From Emiliania huxleyi CCMP1516 (taxonomy: Eukaryota), in the NCBI RefSeq assembly GCF_000372725.1, contig NW_005201102.1, forward strand, positions 1 through 64,000: a stretch of DNA of 64,000 nt. The letters run 5' to 3'. The notes beneath the pieces were generated by a model, which ran no database searches, was not told the origin of the DNA, and saw nothing but the letters and a program-made list of their open reading frames with translations. The position numbers and the translations under genes are program-made. Of this stretch, positions 24,645 through 35,249 are shown piece by piece; within the stretch, counting starts at the first letter, position 1, and every line of letters begins with the position of its first letter.

Positions 24645-27600
24645 TCAGTGGAGGCGCGCCAGCTGCTCGATGACACGCGAGAGCTGTTCGGCGGTCATGT
24701 CGAGCCCAGCGACGACCTAGGCGCGGTGAGGTGAGGTCAACTCTCCAGACACAAGCGGAGAGGGCTGCCAGGCAGCCCTCTCGCAGCTGCACACATCTGA
24801 AGAGAGGAGACCCACAGCTTTGAAAGTGCAAGGCCCGGTGTGCGTGAGCGAGCGAGCGAGCGAGCGAGGCGAGTGTGCGTGCGTGCGAGTGTGTGTGTGT
24901 GTGGGGGGGGGGGGGCGTCTCTGTTTGTTTTGTTTTGCGTCTCTGTTGTGCGTGGTGTGTGCGTGTGGCACGACCTCCTCCTTCTTGCGCGGCGGCAGGT
25001 CGAGGAAGGCCTCGATCAGGTCGCCGTCGATGAAGCCGTGCGCGTCGGCGGTCTTCCGGTCGTTGACGAAGGAGCGCCACGACGCGTGAGAGAGCCCACC
25101 CACCCCCTTGACGACGCGGGAGAGCGCCGTCTGCACCTGCGCGGACGTGTCGCGGACGTGTCGCGGACGTGTCGCGGGCGAGTCGCGGACGCGCTGGGGA
25201 GAGGCGAGTCGCCGGGGAGGGGCGGGTCGCGCGCCTTTGCGAGCCGCACGTACAGCTCCTGCGGAAGCGAGGCGACCACGCCGACCACGCCGTTGACGGA
25301 GCCGTACAGCATCGTCGGCAGCGGCTCCGCGCCCGCCTCGCGCATCTGCATGGTGAGGGAGCCGCGGCGGAAGCGGTTGACGAACTCGCCCAGGTGGAAC
25401 TCGCACACCACCTCCAGCCTGCCCCGCTCCTCCTCGGTGGGCGCGTCGGCCCGCTTGCGAGCCGCGAAGAGGTTGAGCGCGTTCTCCGCGCCGAGGAAGG
25501 TGTCGTCGTCGAGGAAGGCGACCTAGGGTTAGGGTTAGGGTTAGGGTTCGGGTTAGGGTTAGGGTCAGGGTCAGTCGTCGTCGAGGCGACCGCGGTCATC
25601 CAGTTGGCGTTGACGTCGCGCGCCAGCTCGGTGAGCTCGCCCGCGGACCTGTTCACAGCTAGAGGTGTGAAGAGACGCTGTTCACAGCCAGAGGGCACCA
25701 GCTCGCCCCGCGGACCACTGCAGCAGCGTGATCGACTTCATCAGGTCGCCCACCAAGATGAAGTCGGCGCGCGCTTGCACGTACAACACCAGGATGTGGC
25801 CGCAGTGCTCCGCCCGCAGCGCCAGCCGCGGCGCACCCGCCTCCCACTCGAAGAGCTGCAGCTTGTTGTTCACGCCGGCGAGCAGCAGGCCAGACGACAG
25901 CTCGGCGAGTGAGTAGACGGCACCGCGCACCGCCGCCTCGTGCCGCAGCTCGAGCGAGCCCTCCTGCAGCCGAGGTGCGGCCGAGGTGCGGCCGAGGTGC
26001 GGCCGAGGTGCGGCCGAGGTGCAGCCGAGGTGCAGCCGAGGTGCAGCCGAGGTGCAGCCGAGGTGCAGCCGAGGTGCAGCCGAGGTGCAGCCGAGGTGCG
26101 GCCGAGGTGCAGCCGAGGTGCGGCCGAGGTTGGTGCAGCTCGAGGCATAGCCCTCCTGCAGCTCGAAGACGAGGATGCGGCCAGAGGTTGGCTCCGGCTC
26201 GTCGGGCAGGATGTGCGCAGTGCCAACCACGATGTAGCCGCCTCCGCCGCCGCCGCCGAGCCCGCCCACGCTGCTGCCGGCGGCACCCTCGGCCGCCTCC
26301 TCCTCGCCGAGCCCCGACACGAGGATGGAGAGGCCCGCCTCGTCCGGAAGCAGGTGCGCCGACGCCAGCTCCGCAAAGGAGGAGTCGTCGAACACGCGAA
26401 GCTTGTACCTGGCGGGCGAGGAGCCAGGGGGTGAACCAGGCCGAGCGAGTCGGAGGGGCCGGAGGGGCCGGAGGCGTCGAGCGCGCGCAGCTCGCACCGC
26501 TCCGTCTCCTCCCCCCCGGGCACAGCCCGCTCGCCCGTCGACGTGAGCAGCGCCAGCGCGCGCCGCGTTGGCAGAGGGGCGATGCGGCGCGGCTGCTCGC
26601 CGAGCCGGTAGGTGGACACCTGCGGCGAGAGACAGCCGAGGCCACAGCCGAGATACAGACGAGATACAGCCGAGATACAGCAGGGGTCACAGCCGAGATA
26701 CAGACGAGATACAGCCGAGATACAGCAGGGGTCACAGCCGAGATACAGACGAGATACAGCCGAGCCGGTAGCCTCAGATACTGCCGTCGGCTGTCTCTCG
26801 GCCGTCTCTCGGCCGTCTCTCGGCCGCCTCTCGGCTGCCTCTCGGCTGTCTCTCGGCTGCACCTCTGTATCTCGGCTGCATCTCATCTGCATCTCGGCTC
26901 CACTCTCCTGCGGCCGGCCGTACGAGCCGCCTCCCGAGATACTCGGGTGATCTCGGGTGATCTCGGGTAAGCTCCTGCGGCCGGCGGTACGAGCCGCCTC
27001 CCGAGCGCCGCGCGGGCGACAGCACGTTGCCAAGCAGCAGCGACTCCTGATGAATCAAATCCCCCTGAGCAGCGACGGCAGGAGTGACTAACACTGCCGA
27101 GCAGCCGCGGCTCCTCGTCGGCGGCGGCGAGGCAGCCCGGGAGGGCGTAACACGAGAAGGGCGCGAGGGCGTGAGCTGCGGGCAAGTTGACCTGTTGTCA
27201 ACGGCACCCTCTTCTCTTCTCTTCTGCTCGGCGTGAGCTGTGGGTTGGCCTGCTATCAACGGCACCCTCTTCTCTTCTCTTCTGCTCGGCGTGAGCTGTG
27301 GGTTGGCCTGCTATCAACGGCACCCTCTTCTCTTCTCTTCTGCTCGACGTGAGCTGTGGGTTGGCCTGCTATCAACGGCACCCTCTTCTCTTCTCTTCTG
27401 CTCGACGTGAGCTGTGGGTTGGCCTGCTATCAACGGCACCCTCTTCTCTTCTCTTCTGCTCGACGTGAGCTGTGGGTTGGCCTGCTATCAACGGCACCCT
27501 CTTCTCTTCTCTTCTGCTCGACGTGAGCTGTGGGTTGGCCTGCTATCAACGGCACCCTCTTCTCTTCTCTTCTGCTCGACGTGAGCTGTGGGTTGGCCTG

Positions 27601-30600
27601 CTATCAACGGCACCCTCTTCTCTTCTCTTCTGCTCGACGTGAGCTGTGGGTTGGCCTGCTATCAACGGCACCCTCTTCTCTTCTCTTCTGCTCGACGTGA
27701 GCTGTGGGTTGGCCTGCTATCAACGGCACCCTCTTCTCTTCTCTTCTGCTCGACGTGAGCTGTGGGTTGGCCTGCTATCAACGGCACCCTCTTCTCTTCT
27801 CTTCTGCTCGACGTGAGCTGTGGGTTGGCCTGCTATCAACGGCACCCTCTTCTCTTCTCTTCTGCTCGACGTGAGCTGTGGGTTGGCCTGCTATCAACGG
27901 CACCCTCTTCTCTTCTCTTCTGCTCGACGTGAGCTGTGGGTTGGCCTGCTATCAACGGCACCCTCTTCTCTTCTCTTCTGCTCGACGTGAGCTGTGGGTT
28001 GGCCTGCTATCAACGGCACCCTCTTCTCTTCTCTTCTGCTCGACGTGAGCTGTGGGTTGGCGTGCTATCAACGGCACCCTCTTCTCTTCTCTTCTGCTCG
28101 ACGTGAGCTGTGGGTTGGCCTGCTATCAACGGCACCCTCTTCTCTTCTCTTCTGCTCGACGTGAGCTGTGGGTTGGCCTGCTATCAACGGCACCCTCTTC
28201 TCTTCTCTTCTGCTCGACGTGAGCTGTGGGTTGGCCTGCTATCAACGGCACCCTCTTCTCTTCTCTTCTGCTCGACGTGAGCTGTGGGTTGGCCTGCTAT
28301 CAACGGCACCCTCTTCTCTTCTCTTCTGCTCGACGTGAGCTGTGGGTTGGCCTGCTATCAACGGCACCCTCTTCTCTTCTCTTCTGCTCGACGTGAGCTG
28401 TGGGTTGGCCTGCTATCAACGGCACCCTCTTCTCTTCTCTTCTGCTCGACGTGAGCTGTGGGTTGGCGTGCTATCAACGGCACCCTCTTCTCTTCTCTTC
28501 TGCTCGACGTGAGCTGTGGGTTGGCCTGCTATCAACGGCACCCTCTTCTCTTCTCTTCTGCTCGACGTGAGCTGTGGGTTGGCCTGCTATCAACGGCACC
28601 CTCTTCTCTTCTGCTCGACGTGAGCTGTGGGTTGGCCTGTTGTCAACGGCACCCTCTTCTCTTCTCTTCTGCTCGACGTGAGCTGTGGGTTGGCCTGCTA
28701 TCAACGGCACCCTCTTCTCTTCTGCTCGCGAGGAGTCAGGGCAGGCTCGCACCGACGAGAAGAGCAGCTGGCCTGCGGAGGCGTGCACCAGCGCTGGCCG
28801 CTCGGAGCAGCAAAACACGAGCGGCTCACCTATCGGGAGCCTCTCTCACGGGTGCTCCGCGCGTTCTCGAGTCTCCATGCGGAGCAGCAGAGCACGAGCG
28901 GCGCGCCGTCGTCGGCGGTGTACGCCACGAGCGAGAGCGGCTGCGTCGCGAGCGGAACAGCCTAACTCAGAGAGAGAGCTCTCGCGGTGGACGTCGCACA
29001 CCAACGAACGAGTGGCTCTGTCGGCGGCGTGGCGACGCGGGGGCCGCCTTTGGCGCGCCGAGCACCGGCGCGGCGTCCTCCGCGGTCGGCAGCGGGAAGT
29101 AGAGCAGCTTGCCGTCGCCGAGTCCGCAGAGCAGGTACTCGTGCGGCGCCTAGTCTCGGCTAGGAAGTGTCTAGGAAGTGTCTAGCAAGTGTCTAGCAAG
29201 TGTCTAGCAAGTGGCTAGCAAGTGTCTAGCAGGTACTCGTGCGGCGCCTAGTCTCGGCTAGGAAGTGTCTAGGAAGTGTCTACGAAGTGTCTAGCAAGTG
29301 GCTAGCAGGTACTCGTGCGGCGCCTAGTCTCGGCTAGGAAGTGTCTAGCAAGTGTCTGGCAAGTGGCTAGCAGGTACTCGTGCGGCGCCTAGTCTCGGCT
29401 AGGAAGTGTCTAGGAAGTGTCTAGCAAGTGGCTAGCAGGTACTCGTGCGGCGCCTAGTCTCGGCTAGGAAGTGTCTAGGAAGTGTCTAGCAAGTGGCTAG
29501 CAGGTACTCGTGCGGCGCCTAGTCTCGGCTAGGAAGTGTCTAGCAAGTGTCTGGCAAGTGGCTAGCAGGTACTCGTGCGGCGCCTAGTCTCGGCTAGGAA
29601 GTGTCTAGCAAGTGTCTGGCAAGTGGCTAGCAGGTACTCGTGCGGCGCCTAGTCTCGGCTAGGAAGTGGCTAGGAAGTGTCTAGCAAGTGTCTAGCAGGT
29701 ACTCGTGCGGCGCCTAGTCTCGGCTAGGAAGTGGCTAGGAAGTGTCTAGCAAGTGGCTAGCAGGTACTCGTGCGGCGCCTAGTCTTGGGACGGCCCTCTC
29801 GGCTCCTCTCGGCGCAAGCTGTCTTGCGGAGGGGGAGGGAGCGGAGTGCAGCGCCGCGGCGGGCGCGTAGAAGGCGAGAGAACGCGGGACGACGCCCTTG
29901 TCTCCGAGCGGGGTGGTGCCGCAAGGCGCGAGCGAGGGGAGCGAGAGGAGAGACAGGGAAAACGACGTCCACGAACCGACCGCCGCCAGGAGGGGCTCGC
30001 CGCCGCACGCGCCTGCTGACGGCGGACGCGGTCATTCACACTTGCTCCTCGGCAAGACAGGCCGCAAGGGCCTTCGCCGCTGCGGGCCGCGCCTCCCGAG
30101 TCCGTCTCCATCGGCGCCTCCGCGTCGGACGCGTCCAAGGACGCGTCTGGCGGGGAGGGGGCGGCGGCGGGCGGGCGCAGAGCGAGGCAAGCGACCTGTG
30201 AACAATCAGGTGTGAACAATGAGGAGTCACGAGCCTGCTGACGGGCGGGGAGGGGCAGGGCGGGGCGAGGAGACCTCATGCTCGAACGCGCGTGTCGCGA
30301 GCAGCGCGATCGGCTCGCCGGCCGCCGGGTCGCACCGGAGCAGCGCGACGGTGCGGCCTATGCCTCAGCTTGCAGCAACGATGCCTGCGAGTGCTCTATG
30401 CAAGACCCGGAGCAGCGCGGCGGTGCGGCCGGCGGTGGCGAGGAGGAGGGTGGTGCCGTGCGCGGCAGCGAGGGTGATGGCGGCTCCGTCAGGCGGCGAC
30501 CAGACCCCGAGCTGAGCGAGGGAGGCGGCATCGAGCAGCAGCAGGCAGCGCGACGTCGCCTGCACAATGGCGGCGCCGCCGGCGAGCGAGGCTGCAAACA

Positions 30601-33600
30601 CAGTCGCGCTCTCCGTGTCGAAGCCGCCCCCCTCCTCCACCTCGGCCAGATGGTCGCCCTCCTCCTCGTCGCGCGCCATCGCGAGCAGCCTGTTCACAGG
30701 GGGAGTGGCTAGGAAGCGGCCAAGGAAGTGTCCAGGAACTGTCCCCCTCGCGAGCAGCCTTGTCTCCGACACAAACGACAGCACCAGCCGTGCCGGGGCG
30801 ACGCCGCCGCCGCTGCCACCGCCGCCGCCGCCACAGCCGGAGGCGTGCAGCGACCACATCGCCTTGACGCCGGGCAGGGGGAGCGACGCCCGCTCGTCGA
30901 AGGCGACGCCCGAACGGACGACGCGGATCGAGCCTATGCTAGCTTCCCTCGCCCCCTCCCACTTGCGGGCGAATGCAGCCGAGGGACGGCCCGCACGGTG
31001 CCGTCCCGGCGCGTGCCCGAGCAAGTGACGACCTGCCCCTGCCCCTGCCCCTCGGGGTCGAGGACCTAGACACTTCCTAGACACCTCGCAGACGCTTCCT
31101 AGGCACTTCCCAGACAGTTCCGGGTCGAGGACCGCGAAGTCGACGATCGGGCCGAGGTTCTCCCACCTCGCCAGCTCGGAGAAGTAGGAGCCGTCCTCGT
31201 GCGCCTCCGTAGAGAGAGAGAGCAGCACCTACCCACGGCACGGGACTGTCCCGGAACTGTCCCGGAGGTGTCCAGGAAGTGTCTAGGAAGTCGAGGGAGA
31301 GAGCAGCACCTGCCCGGAGCTGTCCAGGAACTGTCTAGGAAGTGTCTAGGAGGTGTCTAGGAAGGAAGTCGAGAGGCTAGAGCAGCACCTACCCACGGCC
31401 CTCCGACGGGTGCGCTAGCGGTCCGGGCTCGTCCTCGCCGCTAGAGCGAGAGCGGCCACCGCGTCGGCGCAGCTCGAGCCGAGGTAGACCACGCCGTTGT
31501 CGAGGTAGCAGATGGCGGACGCGGCGACTGTCTGGCCAAGCCGCTCGAGCGTGAGCGACGTCACCTCGGCGCGGTCCGTCAAGCCGATGGCGAGCACGTA
31601 GAGCGTCCCCGCCTATAGGAGGTGTCTAGGAAGTGTCTCGCAAGTGTCTAGGAAGTGTCTAGGACGTGGAGCGTCCCCGCCGCGTCGGAGAGGAGCCACC
31701 GCGTCCCGTCTGGGTCCACGCGGCCGTGGGCTCGGAAGAGAGTCGGCGCACCCGACGCAGAGACCTGTGAAGGTGAAGGAGGGGGGGGCGTCCCGTCCCT
31801 CCGACGACTCGCCGGAGGCTCGAGCAGACGCAGACGCAGACGCAGACGCACCTGGTGCGCGCGGACGGCGCCGCCCGAGTGGCACGCGACCTGAAGTCAC
31901 AGCGGCGCGGTGTGAGCGGCCCTCGCGCCCTCGAGGAGGTGTGAGCAGCCCGAGCGGCGAGTTGCACCGAGTGCTCGGAGAGGACGAGCACGCCTGTAGG
32001 AAGTGTCGAGGAGGTGTCGAGGAGGTGTCTAGGAAGTGCTCGGAGAGGACGAGCACGCCTGTAGGAAGTGTCGAGGAGGTGTCGAGGAGGTGTCTAGGAA
32101 GTGTCGAGGAGGTGTCTAGGAAGTGCTCGGAGAGGACGAGCACGCCTGTAGGAAGTGTCGAGGAAGTGTCTAGGAAGTGTCGAGGAGGTGTCGAGGAAGT
32201 GTCTAGGCAGTTCGACACAACGGGCTCCTTCCTCACCCGCTCTGTTCGCTCGGTGACGATGGGCACGAGACTACCCGAGACTACCCGAGACTACCCGAGA
32301 CTACCCGAGACTACGGCCCCAGACTACGGCCCCAGACTACGGCCCCAGACTACGGCCCCAGACTACGGCCCCAGACTACGGCCCCAGACTACGGCCCCAG
32401 ACTACGGCCCCAGACTACGGCCCCAGACTACGGCCCCAGACTACGGCCCCAGACTACGGCCCCAGACTACGGCCCCAGACTACGGCCCCAGACTACGGCC
32501 CCAGACTACGGCCCCAGACTACGGCCCCAGACTACGGCCCCAGACTACGGCCCCAGACTACGGCCCCAGACTACGGCCCCAGACTACGGCCCCAGACTAC
32601 GGCCCCAGACTACGGCCCCAGACTACGGCCCCAGACTACGGCCCCAGACTACGGTTGCCTCCGAAGGGCAGCGCGATGAGCTGCGACGCCGACGCCTCGA
32701 CGGCAACCTGCGGCCAGACACGTGCGCAGGTCTTCCGAGCGCGGTGCTGGCCTCTGGGGAGGAGGACGGGGTGGGGCGATATACACATATACACTGCAGT
32801 CGACCTGCGGCCAGGGGCCGTCGGAGAGCGCCTTGTCCCGCACGGAAACCTCGTGCGTCTTGAGGTAACGCTGGTGCTTCGAGTCCTCGTGCAGGGTGGC
32901 GAGCGTCGGGCGCGGCGTGCCGGCGAGGAAGCAGAGGTCGAGCAGGTACAGCTCCTGCGCGGGAAGGGAGTTGCACGCGACAGGGACGACGGTCAAGCCG
33001 ACACTGGCATGGGAGGGAGCGAGAGGGCGAGCAGGCGCCGCTCCTCCATGCGCACGTTGAAGGCCTCCGAACGAAGCGTGCCTACGGCCGAGCGTCCGAG
33101 CCGGGTCCGAGCCGCGTCCGAGCCGGGTCCGAGCCGGGTCCGAGAAGGCGGCCGCAAGCCTACGGCCCGAGGGGTCCGAGAAGGCTGCTGCAGGGCTCCG
33201 GCGGCGGCGAAGGCGTCCGGACGTGGCGCGCCTCCCGCGAGCGCGGGGATGATCTTGAAGAGGCCGTCGTACATGTGAAGCCCGAGCAGCCGGTGCTGCG
33301 GGTCGAGGGCCGCGATCTGGCCGCAGTCGCAGGGGCGGCCTGTCTTGTCGGAGACGTCCCCCGCCGCCTTGGTGACGATCTACGGCGGGGCGGAGGGGGG
33401 GGCGGCGCGGCGTGGTCATGCCCACACGGCGGCTGCGGCTGTGCGTCCGGACAGAGCCTCCGCGTGTGCTGGCGCGACGGCCGCGGCGGCGCTAGAGGCG
33501 CCAGCACTAGGAGGCGCAGCGCTCGCCTCTCCGCTCTCGGCGTCGTAGGCGAGAAGCGCAAAGCGGTAGCGCTCGGTGGAGAGGAAGATGAGGTCGGGGT

Positions 33601-33826
33601 GGCCGGCGCCGTGCGGGCGCCACACCTCCAGCGTCGCGACCCGCCCGTACAGCGGCACGTCGAGCAGCGGCCGCAGCCCCTCGCCCGAGCCGTCGACTGC
33701 GTGGACCTCGAGCCGCGTCGACTTTGCGACAATGAGGTTGAGGTCGTCCGGGCCGGTGAAGGCGGCCGTGACGGCGTGCGATACGGCCGACGGACGGTGC
33801 GCCGTCACCGTGTAGTTCCACGACAT
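24645..33826 (-). CDS. DDB1: DNA damage-binding protein 1 (CUL4 adaptor), many introns
   Basis: N-terminus MSWNYTVTAHRPSAVSHAVTAAFTGPDDLNLIVAK; internal ICYLDNGVVYLGS, NLGPIVDF, YLLCGLGDG, FILVGDLMKSI, RDVNANWMTAV, EFHLGEFVNRFRRGSL, FIDGDLIEAFLDL; last exon VVAGLDMTAEQLSRVIEQLARLH* (24716-24645). Confidence 0.96.
25523..25574. repeat. Interstitial telomere-like (TTAGGG)n in a DDB1 intron
   Basis: tagggttagggttagggttagggttcgggttagggttagggtcagggtcag. Confidence 0.92.
25969..26129. repeat. 11-bp tandem repeat GCCGAGGTGC(A/G), intronic
   Basis: Seen directly. Confidence 0.92.
27192..28727. repeat. 58-bp minisatellite, ~26 copies, in a DDB1 intron
   Basis: Unit gtgagctgtgggttggcctgctatcaacggcaccctcttctcttctcttctgctcgac; the units are nearly identical. 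Confidence 0.97.
29130..29785. repeat. Compound ~65-bp tandem repeat containing the DDB1 acceptor plus exon start, 10 copies
   Basis: gcaggtactcgtgcggcgcctagtct recurs, separated by variable numbers of 11-bp (c/g)aagtgtctag units. Confidence 0.93.
32267..32653. repeat. 10-bp then 13-bp tandem repeat (CCCAGACTACGGC)n, intronic
   Basis: Seen directly. Confidence 0.96.
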
Positions 33827-33889
33827 TGGAGGGGAACTTAGCGGAACGGTGGAGGCTCTGAGGCTCCTGGCGCGAACGGCGCTTTGAAG

Positions 33890-34180
33890 TGGGAAACCCG
33901 GTACACGGAGCCAACCCTCGGAGACCTGTGTTTACTTTACGGCCCTCTCCCTGCGAACGCGCACCCCCCCCCCCTAGGGGTCAGGGATCTCTAGCCCGTA
34001 GCCCGATCCCGATCATCCGGCCCGCTGGGTGCGCTTCTTGTGTGCCAGTCCGCGCCAGTCCGCGCCCTTGTCGTGCCAGTGTGCTGTGAGAGAGGCTTGT
34101 ATCTTAAGAATTCTTTCTCAGTTCCCCGGCCCTGGATGTGAGGCTAATGACTGCACTCCAAGTGCTCCAAGTGCTCCAAG
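33890..34180 (+). repeat. CTCCAAGTG-ending repeat carrying a 76-bp insertion
   Basis: The family consensus is interrupted at 34039-34114. Confidence 0.85.
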
Positions 34181-34387
34181 ATTGCTCGCACGATGAGCAG
34201 GACGACGCGGAGGGTGGGCGCCGGGATTGGGAGGAGGACCTCGGGTTCGACACCAACCCGATGCTGCTCCGCGCCATGTGCATGGCGTTCGAGTGAACGC
34301 CGTGCAGGCAGCCCGTGCCTTTTGGTGTACCCCGTCTGTACCGCGTCCTGATGCCCCCGCCCGAGTTCATTGTAGTAAAAAACCGAT

Positions 34388-34719
34388 TCTCGGCATATAG
34401 CTGCGACGGTGTATCATTCACTTTGGATATGCAACGGAACGGTGGCATAAAGTGAACGATACACCGTCGCAAAACTGCATTGATTGGGTCTCGAGTTCGA
34501 ATCCCGCAGTCAGTTCGACTCGGCGCAAAAAACCCAGACGGGCGTTGTCACTGCCTTAGCGTTCACCTGCTATCCGCCGGTGCCCAAACCGGATGCATCT
34601 CCGAACGACCCCGGAATGCAGTTTTGCGACGGTGTATCAGTCGCCTTATGCCACCGTTGCATATCCGGATATGCAACGGTGGCATAAGGCGACTCATACA
34701 CCGTCGCAATAGCCGAAAA
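34388..34719. mobile_element. Foldback/MITE-like nested palindrome
   Basis: 86-bp palindrome at 34624-34709 with one mismatch; a second related hairpin at 34402-34471; the two are inverted relative to each other. Confidence 0.7.
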
Positions 34720-35249
34720 GCTCGCGCGCGCGCTGGGGATTTGTTACAAGGACCGGCTCTCTTCAAGCTGCACTTTCAGCTCAAAATAAACGGAGCAAAA
34801 GCCGCAGGAGGTCGCGCGCGCGCGCGGAGGCCGCGAACCGCATAGGTCTATGCCACATTCGAGACCCCATATGCGACAGCTCGAATCCCCTCTGCTCGAT
34901 TTCGTCGTGCGGCCGTCCTGTTTATAAAAGTGAAACCGCCTCGAGCCCGAGCCCACCAACCAGCATGGACGATTCCGTGTCAATGGGGGGCAGACGTCCA
35001 TCGTGGGATGACTTCCTCAGCGCCAGTAGTCTCAAACTTGACCGCATCGGCTTGAAAGTACGGACGCCGCTCATCATCGAGGTCCTGGGCTACGAGATTG
35101 TCGACGAGTTTCCGTGTCGGTATGCAGAGAGAGAGATTTTAGAAAACCAACAAGAAATTTCTTGTGTGTATGCATGCTTCATTCAGAATCTGCTGCTTCG
35201 AGTATGGGAATGACGCAATTTTCCGCGCTGTCCATCGAAATGGAGGCGC

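Noticed and set aside
27192..28727. CRISPR-like array
   Set aside because: The units are contiguous with no unique spacers, there are no cas genes, and the context is a eukaryotic intron.
29130..29785. CRISPR-like repeat/spacer pattern
   Set aside because: The 'spacers' are just variable numbers of the same 11-bp unit.
29790..30015. Apparent missing DDB1 segment
   Set aside because: Found on manual translation: LLAAVGSWTSFSLSLLSLPSL...GVVPRSL. DDB1 appears complete here.
31644..33278. 544-aa + strand ORF with PDYGPRLRPQTTA repeats
   Set aside because: It is the translation of intronic tandem repeats antisense to DDB1.
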